In this document: piece by piece, positions 1-10,900 of the stretch | Layout: every line of letters begins with the position of its first letter | How positions within the stretch are numbered: the stretch's first letter is position 1 | IMG/VR virus record: IMGVR_UViG_3300032293_000766 | Span: 32,001-96,000 of that record | Origin: a virus | Direction: 5' to 3' (one strand) | Length of the DNA: 64,000 bases | Notes under the pieces: model-generated | Told to the model about the DNA's origin: nothing | Seen by the model: the letters and a program-made list of their open reading frames with translations, nothing else | The model's database searches: none | Translations under genes and position numbers: made by a program

Positions 1-1
1 C

Positions 2-253
2 AACGCGGTCATGTGGAACGTACCATCTTCAAATGGCGGCTCCGCAATTACGGGCTACGTTTGGCGAATCGGAAGCGGTTCTTTAACTTCCGTAAGCCCA
101 TCGACCGGCACAAGCCAAGCCTTCAGCAACCCTAATTGGACAGGTGGGCGAGTTGTAGGTTTACCAACGGGTGGCTCTTTCCAAGTCGCTGCCGTAAACG
201 CAATCGGTACTGGGCCGTTCGCTTCAATAACACTGCAACAGGATTGCAACTAA
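2..253 (+). CDS. 3' end of a fibronectin type III-containing virion/fibre protein (partial, begins upstream of window)
   Basis: WNVPSSNGGSAITGY...FQVAAVNAIGTGPFAS matches the FN3 consensus; frame open from base 2; stop TAA 251-253 overlaps next ATG (TAATG). Confidence 0.75.
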   Translation, partial: NAVMWNVPSSNGGSAITGYVWRIGSGSLTSVSPSTGTSQAFSNPNWTGGRVVGLPTGGSFQVAAVNAIGTGPFASITLQQDCN

Positions 254-795
254 TGAACGTTATTCGTATAAGAAACTTTTTGAGCGATAGCGAACGAACT
301 ACGCTACTAGCGTGGTGCGAATCAAACGTCGCGTGTTTTGGAGACGCAAGAACTGCTGACGGTGAAATATATCCGCTTCGTAAAATCTCTAATAGTAACG
401 TAGTATTGGCTACTGGCGGTTTCCCCGAAGTGGCCTATCAAATACAAAATCGTATCAGAGAGCAATTTCCGACATTAGGACCATCTCTACCGCGATTCCT
501 AGACGGTATGACTGTAGGTATTCTTCTGCCTAGCGGCGAGTTTGCTCAACACGTTGACCATCACTTCCGACAGGATGATCTGGTTTGTGTTGGTGTAAAC
601 GCACTCATTGTCGCTCCAGATTCAGGTGGTATAGTGAGCGTTGACGGAGAGGAACAAGAGCAGCAAGAAGGAGACGCACTAATCTACCTTTTGTCGGAGC
701 AGATTCATGGAGTTTCTCAGGTTAATGGTAACGTAAAGCGAGTTGTTTGGTCGTGGCGATTCATTGTTGATCCTACTACTTGGAATGTTGTATAA
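253..795 (+). CDS. 2OG-Fe(II) oxygenase (prolyl-hydroxylase-like)
   Basis: IRNFLSDSE N-terminal motif, HxD (QHVD), distal His (IHGVSQV) and Arg (KRVVWS). Start placed at ATG 253 because of the TAATG overlap, not at 136. Confidence 0.8.
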   Translation: MNVIRIRNFLSDSERTTLLAWCESNVACFGDARTADGEIYPLRKISNSNVVLATGGFPEVAYQIQNRIREQFPTLGPSLPRFLDGMTVGILLPSGEFAQHVDHHFRQDDLVCVGVNALIVAPDSGGIVSVDGEEQEQQEGDALIYLLSEQIHGVSQVNGNVKRVVWSWRFIVDPTTWNVV

Positions 796-859
796 AATAC
801 TTCTTATAACTCCTTGCTTGCATCACCATCGATGAATACTTGATCTTACGCTACAAATA

Positions 860-870
860 GTGTATTAATT
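860..870 (+). promoter_or_regulatory. Putative phage late promoter variant GTGTATTAATT
   Basis: Intergenic, about 35 nt before ATG 906; resembles the GTGTATARTA motif at 3357, 16601, 41801 and 53496. Confidence 0.45.
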
Positions 871-905
871 ATTAAATCAACCAATTACTATAAAGGGATA
901 ATTAA

Positions 906-2180
906 ATGGCAATCATAACATATGAAGGTTTTGAAAATTATAGCTCTTTTGATGCTGTTCAGAATTATTTGAATTATCTTAATTATGGAACCATGAGTTT
1001 TATTAGCGGCATTGACGCCAACAATGTTACTCCACGTAATAATGGAAGCTGTTTAAAATTTGTTTCTCTCAGTAATGCCACATATCCAAAATTTAAATTG
1101 AAATCCCCAAATAATATAGCTAATACTAGTGGGGTTTTTGGCTTCTCTTGGTACAACCTTTTACCCGCTGGTGGAAGTTGGGGAACTTTTACTCCTATAT
1201 GCGGAGTAATTGATAATGTTGGTAAACCTATTTTTTATATTGGGGTTAATAGTAATGGAAATATAGAAGCTAGGAGATGGGTTCGCAGAATTCAAACTGG
1301 CGATTACTCTTATGAAACTTTTGATACTTCTAATACCGTATGGAATTCTTTTTTGAACTTTCAATATCGCTGTGGGAAAAATGGTTGTGATCAGAATTAT
1401 TATTCACTTTTTGATATTACTAATTATAGTTTACTTGGAGCCACAACAAGTCTTGTAACTGCAAATGCTTGGAATTATATTGAAGTTAAGTATAGCCTTT
1501 CTAACACAAGTAGCGGCTATATACATATCAAAATTAACAGAAATAGTAATGACACAACTTTAGATCTAAATCTAAATAATATTGCAACCTCCCCTAGTAC
1601 AAGTCCTGCACTTAGTTTAGTGTTTGGTGTACATAGAGGTCATGCCACAAATCCAATTAACCTTGGAACTAATACAACAATTTATACTAGCTATTTTGAT
1701 GATATTTACTGGGCAGACCTTACAGGATCTAATAATGATTTCCTAGGCAGAGTAAGCTGCAAAAAGTTTAGTTATAATGACGTAATAAGCTATAATATGA
1801 CTACGCCAGCTAGTAGTGGTACTGCGCTTTCTAATTTTAATGAGACTTTTACAGGCTCTGGCGTAATAAATACTAGAAATATAGGCAACGTTGTGGGCCA
1901 AACTCTTGACGTTAGGAGTACAGGAGTTAGTAGTGAGACACTGAGTCCTATATTTGTTCGTCAATATATTCATGGCTATAAGACAGAAGCTAATAGTGAT
2001 ATTGCCCTTGGAACAACCGATGGAGTAAATAGTTTGGCTGTTAGTGGAATTAATCTTAATAATGATTCTATAAGTGGCGTTCTTAAGTATCGTGATTATG
2101 ATAATGCGCCAGACGGAAATGAGTGGACTAACCAAAAAATTGCTAACACAACATTTAGACATACTGTAATTAGTAGTTAA
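906..2180 (+). CDS. Putative virion/tail-associated protein with ConA/lectin-like beta-sandwich
   Basis: MAIITYEGFENY start, WNYIEVKY and YFDDIYWADLTG..DFLG motifs typical of phage tail beta-sandwich proteins; Asn/Ser/Thr-rich. Confidence 0.55.
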   Translation: MAIITYEGFENYSSFDAVQNYLNYLNYGTMSFISGIDANNVTPRNNGSCLKFVSLSNATYPKFKLKSPNNIANTSGVFGFSWYNLLPAGGSWGTFTPICGVIDNVGKPIFYIGVNSNGNIEARRWVRRIQTGDYSYETFDTSNTVWNSFLNFQYRCGKNGCDQNYYSLFDITNYSLLGATTSLVTANAWNYIEVKYSLSNTSSGYIHIKINRNSNDTTLDLNLNNIATSPSTSPALSLVFGVHRGHATNPINLGTNTTIYTSYFDDIYWADLTGSNNDFLGRVSCKKFSYNDVISYNMTTPASSGTALSNFNETFTGSGVINTRNIGNVVGQTLDVRSTGVSSETLSPIFVRQYIHGYKTEANSDIALGTTDGVNSLAVSGINLNNDSISGVLKYRDYDNAPDGNEWTNQKIANTTFRHTVISS

Positions 2181-2187
2181 GAAATTT

Positions 2188-2724
2188 ATGAAAGGTGTTT
2201 GCGCGCTATATAACAATAAAGCATTAGCTTTAGTCGCTCGTAGCAGCAGTCACGCTCTTATGAGTCTTATGCTACCAGAAGTTTATGAAAAGAGAGTAAT
2301 CTTCTTAAAAGAAGATCGTTGGCATCCAATCATGAATTTAGAGGGGTGGGATTTAAGACACGGTTTTCCAGAAGTAGAACAGATATGTGTTATGGTTAGA
2401 AATCCGATTGAAAGATTCGCAAGCAGTATGGCAAGAAGAAAACTAACCTTTGAACAAGCTTTAGAAGTCAAGGATGAAGACGTTCATTTTTGGAGTATAG
2501 AAAGTATGGGACTTATAAATGAAAAATGTAGCCACTTTTTATTCCCAGAACAGATAGATCTATGCGCTCAAATGCTTGGATTAAAAGTACCAGTTTCAAA
2601 ACTCAATGAAGAAGACAATAAACCCAATCTATCTACTAGAGAGATAGAAGTGCTAAAAAAAATTTATAAAGCAGACATAGAACTATATAATAAATTAAAG
2701 GAGAATTATCATGGGCGAATTTGA
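2188..2724 (+). CDS. Sulfotransferase-family protein (Sulfotransfer_2-like)
   Basis: MVRNPIERFASS (3'-phosphate-binding motif), ARSSSHAL (degenerate 5'-PSB), DVHFW and C-terminal IYKADIELY. Confidence 0.7.
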   Translation: MKGVCALYNNKALALVARSSSHALMSLMLPEVYEKRVIFLKEDRWHPIMNLEGWDLRHGFPEVEQICVMVRNPIERFASSMARRKLTFEQALEVKDEDVHFWSIESMGLINEKCSHFLFPEQIDLCAQMLGLKVPVSKLNEEDNKPNLSTREIEVLKKIYKADIELYNKLKENYHGRI

Positions 2725-3295
2725 TGGCAAGGTATTACTAGTAAGAAATTTTATTACTCCAGAAGAATGCTCCGCTCTTAAAAATTGGGCCATAGAGAAT
2801 GCTTCAGAACAATTTGTTGATGGCGTAGGTGGTAATTGGGATACTAAAGAGTTTGTAAGAGTAAAAAATAGATTAACCAACAGAATGGTTGGCAATAATA
2901 TACATTATCCTGATCTTGTTTACTCTATTCAAAATAGACTAAAAGAAACCTTTCCAATTATTAAAGATGCTGAAGTTATTAAATATCATGGAAAAGATGG
3001 CGTGGTTGTCAGCATAACATATAATACTGGTGATGTTTACAAGCATAAAGACCCATCAGTAGATCATCAAGTTCAAGATACTGTAGCGTTAAGATTTAAT
3101 ATTCTTGCTAGTAAAGCTGAAAACGGTGGCGTTATTCACGTTGAAGACAAAACGTATGATCTTAATGAAGGGGATTTGATGGCCTACTTAGTTAGTGAAT
3201 ACTATCACAGTGTTGAAACTTGTTCTGGCAATAATCCAAGAATTTTATTTATGTTTGGCTTTTGTGTCAATAAAGAAACTTGGGAAAATCAGTGA
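2711..3295 (+). CDS. 2OG-Fe(II) oxygenase
   Basis: VRNFITPEEC, HxD (KHKD), GG, EGDL, YHSVETC..PR motifs; clear paralog of 253-795. Confidence 0.8.
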   Translation: MGEFDGKVLLVRNFITPEECSALKNWAIENASEQFVDGVGGNWDTKEFVRVKNRLTNRMVGNNIHYPDLVYSIQNRLKETFPIIKDAEVIKYHGKDGVVVSITYNTGDVYKHKDPSVDHQVQDTVALRFNILASKAENGGVIHVEDKTYDLNEGDLMAYLVSEYYHSVETCSGNNPRILFMFGFCVNKETWENQ

Positions 3296-3356
3296 GCTAT
3301 ATTTACGTTTATAACTAGCTTTATCCTATATCATTACTAATCAATTACGCAATTAA

Positions 3357-3369
3357 GTGTATAGTAAGT
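3357..3369 (+). promoter_or_regulatory. Putative phage late promoter GTGTATAGTAAGT
   Basis: Intergenic, 24 nt before ATG 3394; identical 13-mer at 16601-16613. Confidence 0.6.
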
Positions 3370-3393
3370 CATTAACTTACTCAGGAGAATACT

Positions 3394-3942
3394 ATGTCCA
3401 CATCTGGTATACTACCAACTTCTGGCACACTACATAATAATTCAACAGGTAATTTTGAAATACCAAGCATTGTGCGAACTTGGATAAACGATTTAGATTC
3501 TTCTAGTTATAAATACTCAGATGGTCGCATCAATCAAGTCATTTGTGTTGCAGCAAGATTTGTCCAACAAGACGCTGAATTTAAAACAAGATACAGTATT
3601 GGTATAGATTATATTTCTCCCAATCCAGCAGAACTTGAAGATTTTGATTTTATTAATCTAGTTGGATTAAAAACTGCGTGTATTATACTTGGTGGCGAAT
3701 TAAAGATGGAGGCCGGTAATGCTATATCAATTAAGGATGGACCATCCTCTATTGATTTACGCGGTGTTGCTAGCACTATAGCGGCTTACCGTAACGATAT
3801 ATGCTCACGCTATGATGAATATCTATTAGATTATAAGGTGTTTGGAATACAAGCTGGTCAAGCAGTTCTTGGCCCATACAGTCCTGCTAGCGAATTTGTA
3901 TCACGACGTTACAACGACACAAGAGACGGAAATTATTTTTAG
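3394..3942 (+). CDS. Putative head-tail adaptor/connector protein
   Basis: IVRTWINDLD...KYSDGRI pattern of SPP1 gp15/HK97 gp6-like adaptors; SD caggag; size and context fit. Confidence 0.55.
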   Translation: MSTSGILPTSGTLHNNSTGNFEIPSIVRTWINDLDSSSYKYSDGRINQVICVAARFVQQDAEFKTRYSIGIDYISPNPAELEDFDFINLVGLKTACIILGGELKMEAGNAISIKDGPSSIDLRGVASTIAAYRNDICSRYDEYLLDYKVFGIQAGQAVLGPYSPASEFVSRRYNDTRDGNYF

Positions 3943-3960
3943 AACATTGGAGGATAGAAG

Positions 3961-4947
3961 ATGGCCATTCTTAGTAAACAGGTATTATTAAACAATATAA
4001 CTGTAGATTTAGCTGACAATAATGCTGGATTAATTTCAGCAGCAGATATTAGAAATAATCTTTTTAATACTGTTGATTCGATGAATTCAATTATTGCTAG
4101 TGGAGATTTCAATCTTCAGACTCCATTTGGTAAAAACGTTAGAGTTAAAAGAACCCTTGGTGATACTGGAACTGGGTTTTTTGTTGCTGAAAACGGCATT
4201 AGTTTTCCTAACGCCTCTTCAAGTCTAAAAGACCAGACAGTACCATATCCCGGCCCCACCGGTATTAATCATAATGATTTATCTAATAGAGACAATAACT
4301 CTGCTCACTCCGTCTTTTTAACATTAGACGGTAGTAGAGTAATGGCTGGAAATCTTGGATTAGCTAACAATTGGATCGGCGCTTCTGGGTACTCAAATGT
4401 TGGTCTTCGTTTTCAATATCAAGGTGGTACTAATCAAAGCGTTGGTAAAGAAAATATTTTAGTAGGTAATTCTGGAGAGTTTGTATTTAGTACAGACAAT
4501 TCTAGATTTTCTAGCGGCAAGTCAGTTGCTAAAGCTTGGATCACATTTGATGGTGCGAATAGTGGTGTTCCCACTGCTATTCCTGTAGTCAAAAATTCTT
4601 ACAATATTAGACGTATTACTAGAACATCCCCAGGTAAGTATGTTATTTATCTTAAAAATGGTGTGCTATCTACTGGATCTAATAACTTTGTTGTAGTAGC
4701 TAATAGTAACGCTAGAACCGACAGCGATGACATGAGCGATTTTGAAAGAAATACCGTTGGAACTAAACGTGGATATAATGCTATTGATGGACATTTCTTC
4801 ACATTCGTGGTTCTTAATGAGGCCGGTGAATACGTTGACGCTGAAATAAACGATGCCATTGTTTTCGGAGAAGACCTTGGTTCTACAGTCAATGAGGCTA
4901 GCGGTGTATCAAGTACTTATGCTTCCAATTTTAACCCATTCATTTGA
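3961..4947 (+). CDS. Virion structural protein (fibre/collar-like)
   Basis: AKAWITFDG...SYNI..ITR..PGKYVIY motif common at phage fibre C-termini; strong SD ggagga. Confidence 0.55.
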   Translation: MAILSKQVLLNNITVDLADNNAGLISAADIRNNLFNTVDSMNSIIASGDFNLQTPFGKNVRVKRTLGDTGTGFFVAENGISFPNASSSLKDQTVPYPGPTGINHNDLSNRDNNSAHSVFLTLDGSRVMAGNLGLANNWIGASGYSNVGLRFQYQGGTNQSVGKENILVGNSGEFVFSTDNSRFSSGKSVAKAWITFDGANSGVPTAIPVVKNSYNIRRITRTSPGKYVIYLKNGVLSTGSNNFVVVANSNARTDSDDMSDFERNTVGTKRGYNAIDGHFFTFVVLNEAGEYVDAEINDAIVFGEDLGSTVNEASGVSSTYASNFNPFI

Positions 4948-4966
4948 TCGCTAATAAGGATTAATT

Positions 4967-7900
4967 ATGTCAGATAAAATAGTATTGTATGATAGAATAA
5001 AAGAATTAAGTTATACAACGGGTTCTGGCAATATTATACTAGAAGGCTCTCCAGCCGGATTTAGCTCATTCGCTTCTGTCTATCCGCACAGCGGCGTATT
5101 GTTTTATGCTATTACTGATGGTAATAATTATGAAATTGGTTCTGGTATCTTTTTGAGATCAGATTTTTCCGCCAGTGACAATATACTTAGTAATCAAATT
5201 CAAAGATTTCCCATTAGGACTAGTACCAATTCAATTATCAATTGGTCAACTGGCCTTAAGGAAGTATATGTAACATATCCAGCTAGCCATTCTGTTTATA
5301 CTGGTTCTGGAATAGGGTCTTACAACAACCCGCAAGTTAGCGGATTAGCTATCTGGGGCGGCTCACATACTCTAGATTATGACCCCAACTTAGTTTGGAA
5401 TTCTACATTAAATAGATTAGGTATCAATAAGTCTAATCCTTCGTTTGCTATTGACATTGGCGGTCAGAGTTATGAGTCAATTATTAATGCTTCTGGATAT
5501 ATTGTTGGAAATTCTGGCATTAAATTTGCTTCAGGTACTCAGAGTGAACATTTCCTAAAAAATAAACTAGACATAGATGCATACAACGAATCATTATTGA
5601 GCCAAACAACTGGACTGAGTGACGTTGTTCAGCTTAGTGGTGCTGTAAATCAATACTTATTACTTAAGAAGCAAAACGCTGGATTATTTTTCGCTGGCCC
5701 GCCAAGTGGATGTGGCGCTCCACCATGTAATCCAAATTATCCGTCATTTCGTACAATTACAATGTCTGATTTGCCACCGCTATCGAATACATACGCTTCA
5801 TATTCTAGTGGAGTAAATCACGCTGGCAGAATTACATTTTGGGTTAATAACAATACCATTGGATCAGATCAGTATTTCCAGTGGGACTCAATAAACCATA
5901 AATTATCTATAGGTAAGCCGGGGATTGCTCCAGTAGCAGATGTAGAAATAAGTGGAGTAGTTGATATATTAGGTAGATTGAATATTAGTAGTGGGATTAG
6001 ATTGATTCCATCTAATAATATAGGAAGTGGTAATAGTATTTTATACCAGAATGCAAATAATCAACTTGTTTTTAATAATGAGCCTTATGTTTCATCTGGC
6101 AAAGTTGAACTGATGGTTTCTAATGCTGTAAGTAGCTTTCTACTCAACGATCTTAATCTTAATATAGCTTTATCTGGCAAGTCGTTTATTCCAACTGGTA
6201 CAATTCAGTATAGCGAAGTTTCTGGAGTAAATGGTCAACTTTTATTAGATAATCAATACCTTTATGCCTATACTCCTAGCGGACAATGGAGAAGAATATA
6301 TCTAGGTAATGCTTTTGATATTAGATCATTCGGTGACAACTCTTTCGTTCCACCAGATGCTCCTATTAATTTAAGCGGTGTGCCAAAAAATCAATCTGTG
6401 CATTTAATCTGGACTGCCCCTAATAGTTCCCTAGGCATTATTGATTATATAGTTCAATATAGCGGAGTTGCAAACTCTGGATGGTTAACTTATGGTGGAG
6501 AAAACTCTGAACCAAGACAAAATGTTAATGGTCTTGTTAATGGTCAGACTTACTCTTTTAGAGTTGCTGCTGTTTCTGCTGTTGGCTCTGGTGCGTATTC
6601 CAATACTTTCCAATCTGTTCCCAATCCAACAGTTCCATTTGCTCCTTTAATTACATCTATTGCAAATAACAATATTGATTCTATAACTGTTAACTGGACA
6701 ACTCCAGATAATGGTGGAGCAAATATTAGTTCTTATGAACTAGAGTATACCCCACTAAGCGGTTTAGCTCAATACCTAAACGTTGGATCGGTTAATACAT
6801 ATACGCTAAATAGTACTAATGGTATTCAGGGCGAAGTTGCAGAAAGCCCAAATGGTGGCGCATTTTATACAGTTAGGGTTCGCGCCACTAATAGTGTAGG
6901 TTCTAGTAACTATAGCACACCAGCAAGTTTATTGGTAAGAAGCATTGGCCCACCAAGCCCACCGCGATCAGTTCAGCTAGAAAGCGTAACGTTTGATTCA
7001 GCTACTCTATCATTTATTTTACCAGAATTTGCCGGTCATCCCGGTGAACCAGTTAGCTCTTTAGATTATAGAGCTTTAGTAAGATTTGATAATTTTGACA
7101 ACACAGCTTTCGCTGTTTCTGGTTCGTTTAGTGCAAATAATGGTTATTTTTATCCAGTATATCTTAATAGTGGAATTGCTGCACTTTCTGGTGTTCCAAT
7201 GGCAATTACCATGCAGACATTTAAGAATATTACCTTTTACGGAGTTTCAAGCATCACTCAAAGTGGCGTAGCTTCATATCCAACAAATCAGTACGATCTA
7301 TATAATAGATACGATCAAGTTGTTCCAGATTCTCCATCAGCAGATTTAAGGCGCTCTGTTACTATCTCTAACCTTAATAGAGATAAGTTATATAACATTA
7401 CTCTTCAGTCTTTTAACAATAACTATAATAGTGCCTCAAGTAATATAGTTAACGCAAATACTACAAATCCACCACTAAAGCCAACAAACTTTATTGGTTT
7501 TGCTGAAAGCAATAGTGGCATTATATTAAGCTGGACTAACCCAACTCAGCCACTACCAGTTATAGATCATTCTATTAAGATCGGTACACCTTCTGTGTAT
7601 TGCTTAGATTTTGAAAACCTAAGAGATTTTGATCGTGGAACTACAGAAGATTTAAGAGTATATAATTCAGCCAACTTAGGATCACTCACTGTAAACAAAT
7701 TAGGTTCTGTTAACTATAGCTCAGACTCTGCTGTTGGAACAAAAAGTATTTTACTACAAGGATTAAGCAGTGCTAGAGGTCTTTATGCTGAATCATCTAA
7801 AGATTTGGAATTTGGTCTAAATGACTTTACTGTTGAGTGCTTTGTAAAGTTAGACGATGTAAATAAAGAGTCTATATTATTTGACTTTAGAAAAAACGGA

Positions 7901-10900
7901 TTAAATCCAGACGCAGAAGACCTAGAGGGTGAATACTTCTTGTTAAGAGTCAAGCCAAATGGAAGACTTGAATATAGAGATTCAGAGGCTCAAAGATCTG
8001 GCTTCGTAACTAATACTGTTCTTACGAGCGGTACTTGGCACCATGTCGCATTTTCGCGCTTCAACAACATTAGTAAAATTTTCGTTGATAACATTGCAGT
8101 TTCTAGTGGATATGTAGATAACTTAAAATATTTATCTTCTCCATTCGCTTTTGGTTACGATACATCTTTATCAAATCCATCTAAAAACTTCATCGGCAAA
8201 GTAGACGGAATCAGAGTTACAAACGGTGTTGGATTATATGTTGGTAACTTTACAAAGCCTAATTATAACTTTGTTGATACACAATTCAAGCTAAACCTTA
8301 CAAATTATCAAGCAATTAATCTTAATTTTGAGCAATCTTCTGGGAATAATAATTCTATTGTGCAGATCCCTAATGTCAGAAACCGTTTGATTTTACAAAT
8401 GGATGGGGATAATAACACATTTATTGATAATAGCACAAACCCCAATAGTATTATATCGGTAGGAAACGTTACACAATCAACCAATCAAATTTCTCCAGTT
8501 GGTGGCAAATCTGCGTATTTTGATGGCAACTCTTATCTTGATTGTAATAGCTCAATAGGTACTTTGGTAGGAAGCGAAAACTTTACAATAGAGGCTTGGT
8601 TTTATTTAACTTCTCCAGCATCTGGAATACAAGCAATAGTTGGTAGCAAATCAAGTTTCCCATTTTTGGGTGAATTATCTCATATAGTAGGCATATACAA
8701 TAACAAACCGTATGCTTTCGTAAGCGTTGGTCTTGGCACATTTCCAGTTTTTAATCCTAATGTGCAGGATATCTCACTAAATCAATGGCACAGAATAAAT
8801 TTTAATCGATCAGGAAATACTTATTACCTTAACTTTGACAATGTTGTAATTGCCGAACAGACTATTGGTGGCCTCAATACCACTGGGTCAGGTTCTTTGC
8901 ATATAGGAGCATACGACGGTTTAAATAAATTTAGTGGATATATTGATGGCGTAAGAATACTCGCAGACGATGCATATATAAATATTCCTCAAGACAATTC
9001 AACTCCCACATCCCAGATAGCTATACCTCTCGTTGGTAATGCGCAGCTAGTTCCTTTCCCTAAAAATGGAAATAATTCATTGTTTATACCTGGAAATGGA
9101 AACAATGGATTTTTACAACAATTTAGCAATAATGAATTAGCTTTTGGTGTAAAAGATTTTACTATTGAATCTTGGGTATACCCATTAGCGTTAGATAACG
9201 AATATTTTCTTTTTGACTTTAGACCCACAAATAAAAATTCTGATCCCGGTGGGACTTATTTTCTCCTTACTTTAAATCAAAATAGGGGTCTTAACTACTA
9301 CACAGATGGCAAGGCTAGAATATCTACTAGCGGAAACCTTTCTTTAGGCAATTGGAATAAGGTTGAAGTATCAAGAAATCAAGGCGTAACTAGAGTATTT
9401 GTAAATGGAACAATTGCCGGTTCTTTAGAAAATGACCGTTTCAATTTTCTTAATCAAAATTGCAGAATAGGTTATACATCTTGGAATAATAGGCCAGATT
9501 ATGTAAATCAAAACTTCATTGGTTATATAGATGACTTTAGAGTTTTGAAAGGCGTTGGCTTATATACAACCAATCACTCAGTTAGTCAATCATACAAGAA
9601 TATTCTATACGCTCCAAGTGATTATTCATCTGTTATATTAAACTTTGAAGAAGTAACAGACGATTCATTAAGTATTGAAAATTCTGGAAATTTAGTTAGT
9701 CAATCCACTGCTGTGAAAAAGTTTGGTAATCATAGCCTATTTTTCCCGTCTAGTGGTAATAACGTTGTTTCTAGTGATATATCTTCCAACTTACATTTCG
9801 GTAAAAAAGACTTTACGATTGAATCTTGGATCTATCCAACTGCTATTAGTGGAACAACACCACTCTTTGACTTTAGACCAAGTAATGTCAATAGTTTATC
9901 TATTAATGATGCTGGAGTAGTCGATGGAACATATCTATACTTGACATTAAATAGTGATAGATCTATATCTTACATTACTGATGGATCTACAAGAATACAA
10001 AGTTCTGGTTCTGCAATACCATCTGGTTCTTGGTCGCATGTTGCTCTTTCTAGGAAAAATGGTATTAGTAGATTATTTATAAATGGAGTTCAGCACTCTG
10101 GTGTCTATGTAGATGACAATAATTTCCAGCCTCAGTCATTCCGCTTTGGTAATACAGCTTGGACTTCTGGTAGTTTTAATACATACAAAGGCTATGCTGA
10201 TCTTATCAATGTTTCTAAGGTTGGTCAATACACACAAAACTTTACGCCACCCAATAATACCTTTGTAGAAATCACTAATAATAATTCTTACCCAGCAATA
10301 TTACTAGATTATAACAGCTTAATTGTAGATAAAACTAAACAGTCGCCAATCACCGTAAGGGCTGGAACATCTACTGGTAATATAATTAAATTTGGTTCAT
10401 CTAGCTTGTACATGGGCGTTAGTCCATCCTCTCCACTTGGTATTGAAACAGATGAAAGCTACCTGTTTGCTTTTTCTAAAAACGACTTTACTGTTGAGAC
10501 TTGGATTTATCCTACAGATTTGTCTAATGATCAATCTATCTTTGATTTTAGGCCATCTGTTGGTGGTGGAGAAATCAACTCTACAGATAACGGTACGTAT
10601 TTTCATTTAGATATATCTAGCAATAGATCTTTGAGATATAAGGCTGGAGATTCAACATTATCAAACGTGCCTACTGGCGTAATATCAGAAAACACTTGGC
10701 AACACATTGCTGTTTCTAGATCCAACAATATAACAAGATTGTTTGTTAATGGAACTCAAGTTGGTTCAGACATCGTAGATAACAATAACTTCCTATTTTC
10801 ACGTTTTAGAATCGGCCCGTCTGTAAATGCTAGTAAAAACTTTAAAGGATATTTAGACGAAACTAGAGTTTTAAATGGTACTGGAGCTTATGTAAATACC

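Noticed and set aside
136-252. N-terminal extensions in the ORF track (starts at 136, also 14031, 15052, 61116, 62805)
   Set aside because: They overlap upstream genes; downstream ATGs at stop/start overlaps fit better.
796-905. tRNA, ncRNA or terminator in intergenic gaps (796-905, also 3296-3393)
   Set aside because: No cloverleaf motifs or convincing stem plus U-tract; only a short CATCGATG palindrome.
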